A DNA stretch of 64,000 nucleotides, taken from NCBI GenBank assembly GCA_023150835.1, contig JAKLKB010000008.1:1-64000 (forward strand), read 5' to 3'. The translations under genes and the position numbers were made by a program. Every line of letters begins with the position of its first letter. Position 1 is the first letter of the stretch. The DNA comes from Myxococcota bacterium. Its GTDB lineage: Bacteria; Myxococcota_C; UBA6777. Below, one piece after another: positions 1 through 9,131 of this stretch. The notes under the pieces are model-generated. The model saw only the letters and a list, made by a program, of their open reading frames with translations, had not been told where the DNA came from and ran no database searches.

Positions 1-204
1 GTGCGGGAGGTGGAGCGGAAAAGGCGGGAGCAACGGGCTGTGCGGGAGGTGGAGAGGAAAAGGCGGATGCAACGGGCTGTGCGGGAGGAGGAGCGGAAAA
101 GGCGGATGCAACGGGTTGTGCGGGAGGCGGAGCGGAAAAGGCGGGAGCAGCGGGTTGTGCGGGAGGTGGAGAGGAAAAGGCGGATGCAGCGGGTTGTGCG
201 GGCG
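1..204. repeat. 39-bp coding tandem repeat, at least 5 copies
   Basis: Unit GTGCGGGAGGTGGAGxGGAAAAGGCGGxxGCAACGGGxT; encodes a 13-aa Pro-rich linker unit on the minus strand. Confidence 0.95.
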
Positions 205-886
205 GGGGTTGAGGCGCGAGATCGGACATGGAGACAGCCGTCATCTCGGCGGGGGGTTTGGGGGCAGTGAGCGCGGGTGAAGGAGTGGTTGGGGGGATGG
301 CGGGGGTTGCGGAGAGAGCATCGATCGGTGGGAGAGGGGCCGAAAATACGGGAACCTCGGGTTCTGGTGTGGTGGATGGTGGCGGTGGGGCTTGTTGAGC
401 GAGGCGGGCTTGAAGTGCGCTTTGTAGGGAGCCGTCGTCTGTGATGGTTTGTGCATTTTCGATGGCGGATCTTGACGTGGCAGAGGGCGCAACGACGGGT
501 TCGACTTCTTCGGCACGAGCGGCGAGGGTATCAGGAGAAGAAGCCGAGGGGATGGGGAAGTCAAACACGGGTGAATCAAAGGCGAGGGTTTGTCCGCCAA
601 GCGCAGCGGCAGAGACGATCGCGGCAGCTTCGGCAACGGGTTGAGATGAGGGAGATATCTGGTGTTTGGGGGCGGGCCGAACTTCGTAGATGCGCCCCGT
701 TTTGGTGTCTGTGACGCGGATCTGTTCGTCGTCCATGATATCGCATGTGATGTTGCGAACATTGTTGTCATCGCCGACCTGCTTGAGTCCGTTGCGCAAG
801 GCCAAAAGCCAGTTAGGCGCTTCGATCACAAGTTTTCGGAACTCGCCGGGATGGTGGGGTTGGGGAACCTGAACTTCAAACTGCAT
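1..886 (-). CDS. Pro/Ala-rich protein, 5' part only (runs off the window)
   Basis: Not in the ORF track because it has no stop in the window. Manual translation from ATG 886 with GGAGG upstream gives MQFEVQVPQPHHPGEFRKLVIEAPNWLLALRNGLKQVG..., then a low-complexity linker with PPPAQPVASAFSA repeats. Confidence 0.8.
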   Translation of the reverse strand, partial: MQFEVQVPQPHHPGEFRKLVIEAPNWLLALRNGLKQVGDDNNVRNITCDIMDDEQIRVTDTKTGRIYEVRPAPKHQISPSSQPVAEAAAIVSAAALGGQTLAFDSPVFDFPIPSASSPDTLAARAEEVEPVVAPSATSRSAIENAQTITDDGSLQSALQARLAQQAPPPPSTTPEPEVPVFSAPLPPIDALSATPAIPPTTPSPALTAPKPPAEMTAVSMSDLAPQPPPAQPAASAFSSPPPAQPAAPAFSAPPPAQPVASAFSAPPPAQPVASAFSSPPPAQPVAPAFSAPPPA

Positions 887-1037
887 CGCGCAGACCTCCG
901 TAAGAAAACAAGCTGTTTCGGTCGGGCATTCATCGTGGACGCTAACAAAGAAGGCAGCAGTTGTCAATTGCGCAGGTTCGATGGGCGGGGCGAGATTTCT
1001 TTGGGGCGAATCTTCAGAGGACAGGAGTTGTTGGGTA

Positions 1038-1766
1038 TCAAAGGCGGTGGTTGGGGAGAGTAAGGGCAAAGCGTCCGATGGTCCAAAGGATCTTGGAACC
1101 TGCGCCGATCACTCCTTTGAGGGTGCCGGAGACTTTGGATTGTCCGATACGGACGCGGTAGCGGACAGGGACTTCGAGGATGCGCAGACCTGCGAGGACA
1201 GCTTTGATTTGCATCTCGACGGTCCATCCGTAGTTTCGGTCCCGCATATCGAGGATATCGAGAGCCTCGCGTCGGATGGCGCGAAACGGTCCAAGATCCG
1301 TGAAGGTGTGTCCCCAACGCAAGGCAATGAGGTGGGTAGCGAGCCGATTTCCGAAGCGGGCTTGGGGGGGGAGTGCGCCTTGTTCGCGGGTTCCTTGTTC
1401 GCGTGAGCCGAGGGTGAGATCGGCTTGTTGATGGACAAGTGGATCGAGCAACAGCGCGCACTCTTCGGGATAATCGCTGTAGTCCCCATCGAGGAAGACG
1501 ATGTATCGGGTTTCTGGCGGGAGAGCGGCAAGGCCACGCAGACAGGCGGCACCATAGCCGCGTTCGGGTTCGTAGTAGACTTCGGCTCCGTGGGCTTGTG
1601 CGATCTGGGGCGAGCCATCGTGACTGCCGTTGTCTACGACGATGACGCGATCCACCCGATCGCGAGGGATATCGTCGAGGACTTTGCCGATGCTTTGGGC
1701 TTCGTTGAGTACGGGGATGATGGCGACGGTGTGGGCGGGAGTGCGGCGAAACGCAGAAGGTGGCAT
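1038..1766 (-). CDS. Glycosyltransferase family 2 (polyprenol-phosphate glycosyltransferase-like)
   Basis: IIPVLNEAQSI, VVDNGSHDGS, GYGAAC, FLDGD (DxD), FTDLGPFRAI. Confidence 0.92.
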   Translation of the reverse strand: MPPSAFRRTPAHTVAIIPVLNEAQSIGKVLDDIPRDRVDRVIVVDNGSHDGSPQIAQAHGAEVYYEPERGYGAACLRGLAALPPETRYIVFLDGDYSDYPEECALLLDPLVHQQADLTLGSREQGTREQGALPPQARFGNRLATHLIALRWGHTFTDLGPFRAIRREALDILDMRDRNYGWTVEMQIKAVLAGLRILEVPVRYRVRIGQSKVSGTLKGVIGAGSKILWTIGRFALTLPNHRL

Positions 1767-1960
1767 AAATCAAAGCTCCTTGGGGGGTGAATTCTTGTCT
1801 TCGTTTTGAAACGTGGACGGCACAAGCGACGACAAGGATGTATCGCGCGTCGATCGATTGCGTTGGGTGAAGATATCGCGCAGTCTGGGCGTGTCTTTTT
1901 CAAGAGAGTGTCCCACAAGGGGGTTTTGGTGCGCAAGAAGCGAAAGCGCAAGGAGGTTGG

Positions 1961-4381
1961 ATGAGTCGTTCGTCGTTGTGGTTTCGGCTGCCGTGGTTGG
2001 GCCGCTATTTTCGATGGTTGGAGGCGGATGCGCCAAACGGGTCGGTGGAGCGATACCCGATATTGGGGGAGAACGGAGAGAGCAGCATCCCGGGGATCTA
2101 CATCGCGGGCGATTTGACGGGGATCCCGTTGTTAAAGTTTGCGGCGGAGGGCGGATCGGGCTTGGTGCATCAGATCGCGCAAGATATGGGGTTTCGCAAA
2201 GACCAAACAGCCCGAAGTTCGGAAGTTTATGATCTGGTGATTGTGGGAGCGGGGATCGCGGGTTGTGCGGCAGGTTTGGAAGCGAAAGCGCTCGGCCTTC
2301 GTTTTTTGATCTTGGAGGCAGATCGGGCGTTTTCGACGATCCATAACTTTCCGACAGGCAAGCCGATTTATACCTACCCTGAGACGTTGGTGCAGCAGGC
2401 TCGTTTGAAGACGGTGGGCGACAACAAAGAGCGGTTGTTGGCGCACTTAGAAGGGCAGATCGCGGGGGCGTCTTTGCCGATCGAGACGGCGTATGTCAAG
2501 GGGATATCGGGCCATAAAGGGGCTTTTTTGGTCGAAGCCGAAGGCAAGGCTTACAAGGCGCTGCGGGTGTTGGTGGCGATCGGAAAAAGTGGAAACGCCC
2601 GAAAACTTGATGTGATGGGAGAAGATCTGCCCAAGGTGTACAATCGCTTGATCGATCCAAAGGACTTTGCAGGGCAGCGGGTGTTGGTGGTGGGGGGAGG
2701 AGATAGCGCGTTAGAAGCGGCGCTATTGTTAAGCGAGCAAGCGGGAACAACGGTGACGCTGTCGTATCGGGGCGAAGCGCTTTCGCGCCCCAAGCCAGAA
2801 AATCAGCAGGCGATCCAACAAGCCGAAAAAGACGGAAAGGTCGAGTTGTTGTTGGGATCGAAGGTTCAAGAAGTTCGTGCCGATGCGGTCGATATCGAGG
2901 TGCAGGGGGTGAAGCGTGCGTTGCCCAACGATGCGGTGTTGGTGCAGATCGGAAAAGAGTTGCCGATCGCGTTCTTTTCGCGTTCTGAGATCGCGATGGA
3001 AAGGACGTGGGATCTGGAGCGGGTGGTGATGTTTTTGGCGCTGTTGTTTGGGTCGGGGGTGATCTATTTCGGCAAGGACGCAAGCGTGATCCCGGGAGGA
3101 GGTGTGTGGAGCGGGTTGTGGGAGGCTCCGATGTATTCTTTTCGGCAGATCGGGATGTTTCATCAACCTTGGAGTTGGAAGGGTGGGATCTTGGGGTTGA
3201 TGGCGTGGATATCTTTGCTTGGGCTGATCGTGACGGGAGGATGGACGCTTGGGATTGTTGCGAGAAAAAGTGCGCAGTTTTTTTCAACGCGATGGAAGGC
3301 GTTTAAAGCGGTGTACTTTCTCGGGGTCGCGTTGATGGTGAGCGCGGTGTACATCAGCGAGTTTTATGTTGGGGTGCAGCTTCTTGGGAAGAAGATGTCG
3401 TTTTGGTACACCTTTTTGTATTCGCTGACGATCTTGATCTTTGGTGTGCGGCGGATCGTGGTCCGCAAGACGCGCTACATCACGCTTCAAACCACTTCGT
3501 TGATCTTGATCCAGATCATCCCGTTATTTTTGTTGCCGGAGCTGCTGTTGCCTTGGATGAATCAGGCAGGGAGCTTGCCACAAAGCCTCAAAGCGCACTT
3601 GTTTCCGGGGGATTCGTTTTGGCGGTCGTATGGCTTTGTGTTGGCGTGGCCGTTGTTTGTGTGGAACTTGATCATCGGGCAACCGACGACGGCTTGGTTG
3701 GTGATCTCGTTGGTGCAGACCTTTGTTTTGATTCCGTTGTTGGTGTGGAAGTGGGGAAAAGGCGCGTATTGCGGCTGGATCTGTTCTTGTGGCGGGCTGG
3801 CGGAGACTTTGGGGGATGAGCATCGAACCACCGCGTGGCATGGGCCGATGTCCCGTTCGTTTGAACATGTCGGTCAGGTGGTGTTGTTTGTGGCGTTGGG
3901 GTTGACGGCGTGGAATCTTGTGGCTCCAAGCGCGGGGGGAGCGGTTCTGAGCCATCTTCGTGAGGGCTACAAGGTGATCGTGGATGTGATCATGGCGGGT
4001 GTTTTGGGGGTGGGGGTATACTTCTTTTTGAGTGGGCGCTTTTGGTGTCGTTTCCTTTGCCCGCTGGCGGCGTTGATGCACATCTATACGCGTTTTAGCC
4101 GCTATCGCATCTTTTCGGATAAGAAAAAATGTATCTCTTGTGGAGAGTGTACCCGCGCCTGCCACATGGGCATCGACGTGATGAATTATGCCAACAAGGG
4201 CGTTCCGATGGACAACTACGAGTGTGTTCGTTGCTCGGCGTGTGTCTATGTTTGCCCCGTCCAATGTTTGAATTTTGGCGAGATGAAGGGCGGAAAAGGT
4301 GTTGCAGCGTTGCTTGGACTACGCGAAGAAAAGGCCGAAAACCTGATCTCTTCGGAAACCATCCAAAAGCAGCTTCAATAG
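1961..4381 (+). CDS. FAD/NAD(P)H thioredoxin-reductase-like oxidoreductase fused to a polytopic membrane 4Fe-4S (NapH/FixG-like) domain
   Basis: VIVGAGIAG (FAD), VVGGGDSALE (NADPH), many TM helices, YCGWICSCG and WCRFLCP motifs, two CxxCxxCxxxC ferredoxin motifs. Confidence 0.88.
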   Translation: MSRSSLWFRLPWLGRYFRWLEADAPNGSVERYPILGENGESSIPGIYIAGDLTGIPLLKFAAEGGSGLVHQIAQDMGFRKDQTARSSEVYDLVIVGAGIAGCAAGLEAKALGLRFLILEADRAFSTIHNFPTGKPIYTYPETLVQQARLKTVGDNKERLLAHLEGQIAGASLPIETAYVKGISGHKGAFLVEAEGKAYKALRVLVAIGKSGNARKLDVMGEDLPKVYNRLIDPKDFAGQRVLVVGGGDSALEAALLLSEQAGTTVTLSYRGEALSRPKPENQQAIQQAEKDGKVELLLGSKVQEVRADAVDIEVQGVKRALPNDAVLVQIGKELPIAFFSRSEIAMERTWDLERVVMFLALLFGSGVIYFGKDASVIPGGGVWSGLWEAPMYSFRQIGMFHQPWSWKGGILGLMAWISLLGLIVTGGWTLGIVARKSAQFFSTRWKAFKAVYFLGVALMVSAVYISEFYVGVQLLGKKMSFWYTFLYSLTILIFGVRRIVVRKTRYITLQTTSLILIQIIPLFLLPELLLPWMNQAGSLPQSLKAHLFPGDSFWRSYGFVLAWPLFVWNLIIGQPTTAWLVISLVQTFVLIPLLVWKWGKGAYCGWICSCGGLAETLGDEHRTTAWHGPMSRSFEHVGQVVLFVALGLTAWNLVAPSAGGAVLSHLREGYKVIVDVIMAGVLGVGVYFFLSGRFWCRFLCPLAALMHIYTRFSRYRIFSDKKKCISCGECTRACHMGIDVMNYANKGVPMDNYECVRCSACVYVCPVQCLNFGEMKGGKGVAALLGLREEKAENLISSETIQKQLQ

Positions 4382-4388
4382 GGAAGGA

Positions 4389-5618
4389 TCAGGAGATCGG
4401 GGTGGCTTGGAGTTGCTCAAACGCGGGGATCTGGCCGATGAGAGGGCGGGCATATTCGAGGAAGGCGGGGGTCACATCGTTGTGTGCGTTGTTGATCCAT
4501 TCGTCGGGCATGTGGCGAACCTTGCCACCGATCTTGGAGATATCTGTTTCGAGGAAGTATTCGACGACGTAGTTTCCGATGCGGCGCATACAGACAGAGC
4601 CGCTTTGTCCGAGTCCACAAGCGAACTGGACGGCTTTTTGGCCGACTTCACGGGCTTCGCGTTGGTCGACTTCGGAGACGCATCCCACAAAAGAGCGTTG
4701 GAGATAGCCGAAGGTGTCGCCGCGAACGCGCTTGAGTTGGAGTTTTTCGGTGATCAAGGAGACAAGGGTATCGGCGAGTGCTCCGCCACCAAGGCGGGGG
4801 TGGCCGAAGGAATCGCGGGGGACTTCTTGGCCTTGTTGTTCAAAGATCGAGACGATCATCGGCTTGGGTTTGCCCTTGCTGTCGAGCTCGCTCCAAACCC
4901 CCTCGCTGAGGGCGATAATGCAGCGCCCGTGTTGGTCGTACACGCGGCGAACATCTTGGAGGAAGCTGTCCACAACGAACTGTTTTTCGGGAACATAGAT
5001 CAGATGGGGTCCATCGTCGGGATAGCGGCGCGCAAGTGCCGAAGCTGCCGTCAAAAAGCCAGCGCTGCGGCCCATGATCACCGCGAGATAAACGCCCGGG
5101 AGTGCGCGGTTATCGAGGTTTGCCCCTGCGAAGGCTTGGGCGACAAAACGCGCAGCCGAGCCAAATCCGGGGGTGTGATCGGTGACGGTTAGGTCGTTGT
5201 CGATGGTCTTGGGGATGTGGACCACGCGCATCTCATATGCGGCTTGTTGGGCGTATTCGCCGATGATCTTGACGGTTTCAGAAGAATCATTTCCACCGAT
5301 ATAAAAGAAGTAGCGGATATCACGGGCTTTCATCTGTTCAAAGAGTTTTTGGCAGTAGGCGGCGTCGGGTTTGTCGCGGGTCGAAAGTAGCGCAGCCGAT
5401 GGGGTTTGGGCGATGGCCTCGAGGTTTGCGTGCGTCGTTGCGCGCAAGTCCACCAATGTTCCGTCGCGCAAACCCCGTACACCGTGCAGCGCCCCGTAGA
5501 TCTGCTTGATCTGTGGATACCGTGTGGCTTCAAGGACAGCCCCCACAAGGCTTTGGTTGATGACGGCGGTGGGGCCGCCCCCTTGCGCAATCACCATATT
5601 CCCTTCAAGGATAGACAC
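4389..5618 (-). CDS. pfp: 6-phosphofructokinase, probably pyrophosphate-dependent
   Basis: AQGGGPTAVIN, YIGGNDS (Asp), PKTIDNDL (Lys), MGRSAG. The Asp and Lys signature residues indicate PPi specificity. GTG start with GGAGG. Confidence 0.88.
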   Translation of the reverse strand: MSILEGNMVIAQGGGPTAVINQSLVGAVLEATRYPQIKQIYGALHGVRGLRDGTLVDLRATTHANLEAIAQTPSAALLSTRDKPDAAYCQKLFEQMKARDIRYFFYIGGNDSSETVKIIGEYAQQAAYEMRVVHIPKTIDNDLTVTDHTPGFGSAARFVAQAFAGANLDNRALPGVYLAVIMGRSAGFLTAASALARRYPDDGPHLIYVPEKQFVVDSFLQDVRRVYDQHGRCIIALSEGVWSELDSKGKPKPMIVSIFEQQGQEVPRDSFGHPRLGGGALADTLVSLITEKLQLKRVRGDTFGYLQRSFVGCVSEVDQREAREVGQKAVQFACGLGQSGSVCMRRIGNYVVEYFLETDISKIGGKVRHMPDEWINNAHNDVTPAFLEYARPLIGQIPAFEQLQATPIS

Positions 5619-5968
5619 GTCGCACCTCCGAATCTGTTGTGGAGAATTGAAGCTTTATTCGACAGGATAGGACAAGGGCTTGTATAACGACACCCATGTG
5701 TGCATCATCACAAACACGCGAGAAGAGACGCGTTGTGGTGTGTTGCCTGTATGCGTGTGGAGAAGCCGCTTTCTCGCGGAAGAAACAGGCAGAACAGATA
5801 GCAGGGCAGAACGGAAAAAACAAGCCTCTCGTTGTCTCGCTGCTTGGTTGAAGACTCCATCGCGAACCCGCGCAAGATGGGTTTGTTCCGTAGAAGTTCA
5901 GAGGTTGTGATCGTCGTTTTCTCGTATGACCGAGGGATGCGGCGCGCATCGAGTAGCTGAGGTGAGAG

Positions 5969-8935
5969 ATGCAAGTTCAGCCCACAAGTCGAAAGACGGG
6001 AGCTGTGTGGCGTTCCCAAGAGGGTTTTCGGACACTCAAGGGGGGGCAGTTTTCAGAAGAACGAAACCACCGCATAGAGATCGAAGGGCTGCTGCCCGAA
6101 GATCAACTCGTTTTGCAAGCTGCGACCGAGCTTTTGCGCCTACTTTTTCCCCAAGAAGAGTGGGGGGCATGGAGCGTAGAGATCGTCGAAGGTCATGATC
6201 GTCTTGCGGAGGTCATTTCCGAAGAACAGACCTTGCTGGTGGATCGGTTGGCTTTGGCGGATCTAACGCTGTTAAGTTGGGAGTTGTATTCGGCTTGGCT
6301 GCAACACGTCCTTCACGAAGAACAAGGGTGGTTACAGCCCGAAGAGATCGCCTTGTTTGCGTTGTGGGTTCAGCTACGGTGGTTTCAACAAGAAGGGACG
6401 CGCTGGCAAGAGCAGCTTTTTGTGGCTTTGCGGCAGCTCCCCGTCGATACGGGGCTTTTAGAGCATCTCTTGTGGTCTTTGCTTTCCGATGCACGCGCTG
6501 CACGCTTGCGCCTGAGTCTGGCGGGGACGTGGCCCGATGTGGATCCTTTTGTGTCGCACCGCAGCGCCGAAGATCGTTTGTGGCAAGTGGCCGCACAAGC
6601 CCTCGCCCAAAAATGGGGACGCGCACCGCTTTCGCCCGAACAATGGGCTGTTCGACGCGAACGTTTTCAAAAACTCAAAAAGCAGTGGGATATCCGCTCA
6701 AGTCTTCCGTGGGAAACGGTTGCGGGGGCTTTGTGTAGCGTCTTGGCTCGCTTTGTTTATGAGATCCCCCCTCAAGCCAGCAGTACAGACCGCCGCTTGA
6801 ATCTGTTTCGCTTGTGCGTCGAAAAGAGCCTTGAACACGAAGAACTGCGGCTCTTTCCGCACGAGTGGCCGCGCCTTTCTCTTGCGGTCCTCGATCCCCA
6901 ACGCCACCCGCGCATCCATCTTGCGCTGTCTCACTTTCTGGCGATTCATCCGCAGTTGGGGGCCGAAGCCTTGTGGTCTATCCGCAAGGATGAAAGCCTT
7001 CTCGCGCAGCTTGCGATCCAAAATCAACTGAGCGATCAAGACGATCGCTTTTTTCGCCAAGCCACACATCTTCAAGCCATCTGGCGCGATATCCTCCATC
7101 GCAATGCTTCCCAAGATTGGGCGGCATGTCTGCTCTTTGATGCCCTTGAAAAGCACATCGCCACCATCCAAAAAGACCAAGATCTGTTCTTTGAAGTCGT
7201 CCTCTACAACGGTCCTGACCCCGATCAAGGGCCTCTTCCCCAAGCCAACAGCACCCAAACGCTCTGTGAACTTCTCTGGGTGCTTTCTCAATCGCCCCTT
7301 GTCGTTCTTCGCCGTTTGTACCCGAAATCACGCGATCAACAACACGCCTCGCATCTTCGCTGGCCGCTGTTGCGCCAGCATCTTCGGCGGTTTGTCCATC
7401 TCGCACCACCCGTCTTGTTGCGTCTGCTCGAACAACTCGAAGAAGAACGCCAACAGCGCGAACAAGACACGCCTCTGCCCGCACATCTCCACATCGACGC
7501 TGATCCTGATATCCCGCAACAAGATCTACATGGGCGGGTACTTCCGCTGTTTTCGCGCCCTGAGCTTCAACAGTACCGATGGATCGACCTCGAACGAACG
7601 ACTCACCTTCGGATCGTTCATCTTGATCGTTGTCTCAAACGCAGCAGCGGCCAGTTGCGAGAACAACGCTTCTTTAGTTCTTTTCTTCTGTTCTTTAAAC
7701 AATCCGAAGACCTCCACGAAGGCCAATGGAACGAACTGGCCTTGTGGATCGACAAGGATCTTGATCTCAGCAAAGCCAGTCAAAAGAAAAGTCTTGCGCC
7801 CACGATCCGAGGTTTGCTGCTCGAAGATGGCTTGTGGGAACGCACCTACCGCTATCAGTTCCTTTCGATGGACCAATTGCTTCAAAAGTTGCAGCCCACC
7901 CACCAAGAATGGCGCGCTTTGTTGGAGATGCTTGCGGACGAATATCGACCCTTGCTCGAAGAACGCGTCCAAGAAGTCTTGGCGTTGCAGTATTACCTCG
8001 GGCGCGAACGCTATCTCGGCCATCAGTCCTTGACAGGGACGCTGTACGCCGAACATACACACCCGATCTTGCGCCTCTCTTTGGACGACTTTGAAGGGAT
8101 CAAACAACAACTCGCCGCAGAATCGGTCGAGCAAGGCATCCAACATTTTCTTCATACACAACTCCAAGACACCCGTTCTTGGTCCAGCGCGCACCAATCC
8201 ATCGCCCAGCAAGTCAGCCAATATACGCTGCTGCTTCACCTCGCCACCAACGCTCTTTTTCTTCAACCACCCCCCGCACAAAATGCGCAAAGATGGTGTT
8301 GGGATGTTCTTCAGCGATGGGTTGAACAAGCCGATGAATGGGAACCCATCGCGCTTGATCCGCAACACTGGCTGCGAGACAATGCCCAACTGATCAAACG
8401 CCTTGAGCGTGTCTATCCTGCCCGTGCGATCGAGCTTGTGGGATTCTTTCTTCAACAAATCCATCCCCAACATCGGATCGTCCAGCGCCTCGTCCAATCG
8501 CCTTTTGAAGAACAAGCAGCGGCTCCCGTCTTTAAGCCCATCCCAACAGGCCAAGATCTCTCGCGCAAGCGTGAGATGATCCCCTATCTCTCGGACTCCG
8601 AAGGCCATCTCTCTCCTGTGATGCTGTTGCAACTCTTCGGTCAGATCCCAAAACAACTTTTGCACAAAACTCTTGATACCGACGAAAAGCTACAAAGCTC
8701 ACTTCGCAAAGCCAGTCTGCTGTTGATCCAAAGCCAGCTCGACGAAGACGACGCTTATCACGCACTTGCAGACGTTCTCGAAGAACGTCAAGCCCGCCAA
8801 GCCACCCGTCAAGCCGAAGGTTCCACCGCCCGAGAAAGCCCCGTCAACCAAGAGCAGCCGCCCACAGAAGAACACTCCTCCAAAGAAGAGGTCCACAACC
8901 ACAGCAAGGTCCAAGAAAGCAGCCAGTCTTCGTGA
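5969..8935 (+). CDS. Large hypothetical protein (988 aa, predicted helical, Leu/Gln-rich)
   Basis: Long ORF with GAGG upstream; no recognisable motif. Confidence 0.75.
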   Translation: MQVQPTSRKTGAVWRSQEGFRTLKGGQFSEERNHRIEIEGLLPEDQLVLQAATELLRLLFPQEEWGAWSVEIVEGHDRLAEVISEEQTLLVDRLALADLTLLSWELYSAWLQHVLHEEQGWLQPEEIALFALWVQLRWFQQEGTRWQEQLFVALRQLPVDTGLLEHLLWSLLSDARAARLRLSLAGTWPDVDPFVSHRSAEDRLWQVAAQALAQKWGRAPLSPEQWAVRRERFQKLKKQWDIRSSLPWETVAGALCSVLARFVYEIPPQASSTDRRLNLFRLCVEKSLEHEELRLFPHEWPRLSLAVLDPQRHPRIHLALSHFLAIHPQLGAEALWSIRKDESLLAQLAIQNQLSDQDDRFFRQATHLQAIWRDILHRNASQDWAACLLFDALEKHIATIQKDQDLFFEVVLYNGPDPDQGPLPQANSTQTLCELLWVLSQSPLVVLRRLYPKSRDQQHASHLRWPLLRQHLRRFVHLAPPVLLRLLEQLEEERQQREQDTPLPAHLHIDADPDIPQQDLHGRVLPLFSRPELQQYRWIDLERTTHLRIVHLDRCLKRSSGQLREQRFFSSFLLFFKQSEDLHEGQWNELALWIDKDLDLSKASQKKSLAPTIRGLLLEDGLWERTYRYQFLSMDQLLQKLQPTHQEWRALLEMLADEYRPLLEERVQEVLALQYYLGRERYLGHQSLTGTLYAEHTHPILRLSLDDFEGIKQQLAAESVEQGIQHFLHTQLQDTRSWSSAHQSIAQQVSQYTLLLHLATNALFLQPPPAQNAQRWCWDVLQRWVEQADEWEPIALDPQHWLRDNAQLIKRLERVYPARAIELVGFFLQQIHPQHRIVQRLVQSPFEEQAAAPVFKPIPTGQDLSRKREMIPYLSDSEGHLSPVMLLQLFGQIPKQLLHKTLDTDEKLQSSLRKASLLLIQSQLDEDDAYHALADVLEERQARQATRQAEGSTARESPVNQEQPPTEEHSSKEEVHNHSKVQESSQSS

Positions 8936-8996
8936 AGCGGGCCTTCGTCAAGTCGGCCTTCGTGATGTCGGCCTTCGTGATGTCGGCCTTCGTGAT
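8928..8996. repeat. 15-bp tandem repeat (CTTCGTGATGTCGGC, about 4.5 copies)
   Basis: Directly visible; overlaps the stop codon of the upstream gene. Confidence 0.9.
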
Positions 8997-9131
8997 ACAC
9001 GATGCCCCCCCACTTGCGCCCAAGAAAACAGTCCGCTCTCTTGAAACTCTTTGAAATAGCCCGCTGTTTCGAGCGATCGAGCTGCTGCGTTGAACTATCG
9101 AGCAAAACAACTAGACCAAGCGAGTTTCTCT

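Noticed and set aside
1-270. Plus-strand Arg/Glu repeat ORF
   Set aside because: It is the antisense reading of the 39-bp repeat in the minus-strand gene, which has an RBS and a globular N-terminus.
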